A DNA stretch of 63,816 nucleotides, filler included, from Hyphochytrium catenoides (lineage: Eukaryota; Protista; Hyphochytriomycota): NCBI GenBank assembly GCA_900088475.1. It is 14 parts of 14 records of this genome, joined end to end, with 100 filler letters (N's around TTAATTAATTAA, not from the genome) between each part and the next. Parts side by side here need not be neighbours in the genome. Positions count along the whole stretch, not along the records: positions 59,152 to 62,561 come from FLMG01000681.1; positions 62,662 to 63,816 come from FLMG01000037.1; 12 more parts are not named here. One strand, 5' to 3'. Below the pieces are notes generated by a model. The model had not been told where the DNA came from. It worked only from the letters and a program-made list of their open reading frames with translations, and did not search any database. Shown piece after piece: positions 62,101 to 63,816 of this stretch (positions are counted from its first letter, which is position 1; every line of letters begins with the position of its first letter). The translations under genes and the position numbers were made by a program.

Positions 62101-62497
62101 TCTTACCGGTTGATTGACCTAAAGATGAGAAGGGAAGATTTGGATCCTCCTAGAAAGGGAAGCTTCATTGGCTTGCGCTAATAGGGGGCAACAATATAAT
62201 CGTCATCACTCTACAATACCATCAACTGCCATCAACTGCCAATATTTTAGAGATAGAAAATTAATAGGATTTTAATAATTGTAGTCCTAGAAATTGGTTG
62301 TTCAGCCATCCACTATATAACAAAGCACAATATACATCCTTGCATTATCCTGTATAAGCTTAAAGCTATTACTGATAAGTATAAGGTAAACAGCCCCATC
62401 AGGAATTCTTATCTCACGTGATTATCACGTGACGTTGCATGCAATTTGCATGCAAGTATGCGACTTATAATAAATTGCATGCAATTTCGAAACCCTG
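59197..62497 (+). mobile_element. Complete autonomous hAT DNA transposon (3301 bp)
   Basis: TIRs CAGGGTTTCGA (59197-59207) / TCGAAACCCTG (62487-62497); perfect 8-bp TSD GTCTTTGA at 59189-59196 and 62498-62505; subterminal AATTGCA/TTGCATGCAA repeats at both ends; internal transposase. Confidence 0.96.
59792..62113 (+). CDS. hAT transposase (BED zinc finger, DUF659-type core, hAT dimerisation domain, acidic tail)
   Basis: WAWVHF...ARCNFC...QHLANSC (BED); LVSDGWS, ITDNAANM, CLSHTLQL (CxxH), KTRWGS, ILDPR, PFDWW...LKILSIPASSATAERCWS (D-D-E triad intact); intronless, no stops. Confidence 0.96.
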   Translation: MPKPRSWAWVHFTQYTPSREDGTIHEDGGGGSGNNKRQQKARCNFCGHMLTKDAKRMCQHLANSCKEVPLEVRGDAAERLANHRRDTAGNNSNRTTQDYSSSANNDGRATPSTAENAATAGTDGHGARNGSSSRHSQQDIRAARGARSGVVQISRDEMEALHLEFAESMFHSGLSLSVFKNDDRWTRFFQKLNPAFRLPSNDVLGGRLLDITYEQVKERVTQRVKESKGGLTLVSDGWSNLRRESIINFMVTSPQPFFVEAVASGTERHTAQYMAKELDRVIEKCGGGPDWLNPNKVGVTAVITDNAANMKAAWAILQRKYETMLFLPCLSHTLQLLIQDLCKVPVVAKHLKRGKKVVKYFKNKQIPASVLREELPRAGVRAKSLKLPGKTRWGSQLIMLQSLVDVKRGLQAVQELAGSAEDPTDGYPWERGVLDLVGSSHFWKGVAGVIHILSVPVNLLNYCQSDHPSLMEVERIRTELEAHLLSPNLGDGKLVIPDEDKSAIEEALRARLKMMDHPVYVLADILDPRSRGQLLEDHDRWEASTRFLVKLCGGNIAVEKEVFEALDQYRAQTGPFRPYLWEQLQKDGARADMSPFDWWLALPPMVQKKCTHLRAIALKILSIPASSATAERCWSTFGFVHNKIRNRLKNDKVIKLVYCYQNLRNLDNAELGRFATARKRRDRDAPIPNSSSDDEAGPGASGGISRPRGQARRGANRGGGANDEEMKNEDDLFGSAGIDFADPSTLSSSSDEEDSDNSDIDEEEGGDDDDLTG

Positions 62498-62546
62498 GTC
62501 TTTGATGCCGACACCTTAACCAGTATGCACCATACACCAAACGTAC
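62498..62546 (-). tRNA. 5' half of the interrupted tRNA-like sequence (acceptor 5' strand, D arm/A box, anticodon region)
   Basis: Minus strand GTACGTT-TG-GTGTATGGTGCAT-A-CTGGTTAAGGTGTCGGCA-TCAAAGAC; GTACGTT pairs 7/7 with AGCGTAC at 59158-59164. Confidence 0.75.
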
Positions 62547-63523
62547 TCTTGACTAATCTCCNNNNNNNNNNNNNNNNNNNNNNNNNNNNNNNNNNNNNNN
62601 NNNNNTTAATTAATTAANNNNNNNNNNNNNNNNNNNNNNNNNNNNNNNNNNNNNNNNNNNNTCTCTCTCTCTCTCTCTCTTTCTAGCGTGGTGCTATTCC
62701 TTCCCTCTGTCTTCCCTACTGAGCCTCTCCCGCGCTTCATACATATTTATTATAAAATGTTAAGAACAGAGAGAGAAGGGGAACCTCTCCTTGTGCTAAA
62801 CTGCACGTTCTTACTCTCTCTCTCTTTCTTGAATGCCCTGGACTTGCCCGACATCTTCTCAAGCGGGCACGTTCCAGGCGCTGGAAGAGGAGGAAAAGGA
62901 GATAGATACGGCTTATCTAGACCGGTCTCAGTAATTAACGCCAGAGCAGGGACAATCTCAGTTCTGAGCCACCCTCAAGCACGAGGCGCAAACTATTTTA
63001 GAGTCACAAGGATCGGAGGACCGGGTTGCCAAGAGAGGAGAAACCTGGCAATGATGATTCCATGCATGTCCATTTGCTAGCCGTGAGGTGATCTCTGCGC
63101 GCTCAAACCCGTAAAGTGATAGCTGTGTGAGGAGACGAGAGGGGATCACATACGAAAGCGAGACGAACTAAGACGACAGAGAAGAGACAGAGAGAGAGAG
63201 AGAGACTGAAATGAGAGAGAGGCCGAGTAAGCAGCAGAGTTCAGAGATGTTCCTGTACACGGAAGGTGAAGAAAATCTTTCCCAAGATCTGCAGATGAAT
63301 TCTGAAGCTTCTCGGATTCCCCTTCTTGGTCCATATGCGACAATCTCGGGCCCCATGGTGCATTCATGGAGTTATTTAGATCTTTCTATAGTAAGATTAT
63401 GAGGAATCAACTATGATGGAAAAGGAAAAGGGGTAAAATGCGTCGATACAAGGTCCAAAGAAGAGACAAGAACAGGAAACAAACAGCCCGCAGACCCGAC
63501 CAGAAGTGGCAAAGAGCAACAGA

Positions 63524-63593
<70 letters not shown>

Positions 63594-63816
63594 AGGAGAG
63601 AGAGACAAGGAGAGAGACAGAGAGACATAGAGAGACAAGAAGAGAGAGACAAGGAGAGAGAGAAGGAAGAGAGAAAGAAGCGAGTGAAGCGAGGGAGCCT
63701 CAGGCAGTTGCCAGTTGATTATAGAAGATTCTTCTCTTGCCGAGGACATTCAAAGCAGAGTAAGGGTCTGGGTCTAGCAGGAGGAGGCACAATGAAGCGC
63801 CGCCTAGATGCAAGGC

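Overview
Eukaryotic (protist-like) nuclear DNA with GT-AG introns, the standard genetic code (conserved genes end in TAA, TAG or TGA) and very abundant (GA)n/(CT)n microsatellites. The window is not contiguous: 13 artificial 100-nt spacers (N44-TTAATTAATTAA-N44) join 14 contigs, the longest being 18463-44180, so gene order across spacers carries no information. Recognisable genes, several truncated by gaps: ornithine aminotransferase, Mpp10, a two-domain SSSCA1/ZNRD2-like protein, an RlmN-type radical-SAM RNA methyltransferase, RPB10, an EHD/sarcalumenin-like GTPase, a divergent PTC7-like PP2C, a cytochrome-b5-domain protein, an SLC35A nucleotide-sugar transporter, Cgr1/CCDC86, PTH2, the HSD17B4/FOX2 SDR domain, CAND1, a GNAT exon, choline-phosphate cytidylyltransferase and an OPT/YSL transporter. 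The clearest unusual structure is a complete, apparently intact hAT transposon (59197-62497; 11-bp TIRs, 8-bp TSD GTCTTTGA, 773-aa transposase) inserted into the anticodon region of an 81-nt tRNA-like sequence that only appears once the element is removed. Other leads are a CaaX-terminated, Cys-rich cytochrome b5 protein, an RlmN with a possible tail anchor, orphan secreted-looking ORFs, and decayed ORF regions rich in CTA/TAG, which suggests non-CpG C-to-T mutation. All identifications come from motif recognition by eye; no database searches were run.
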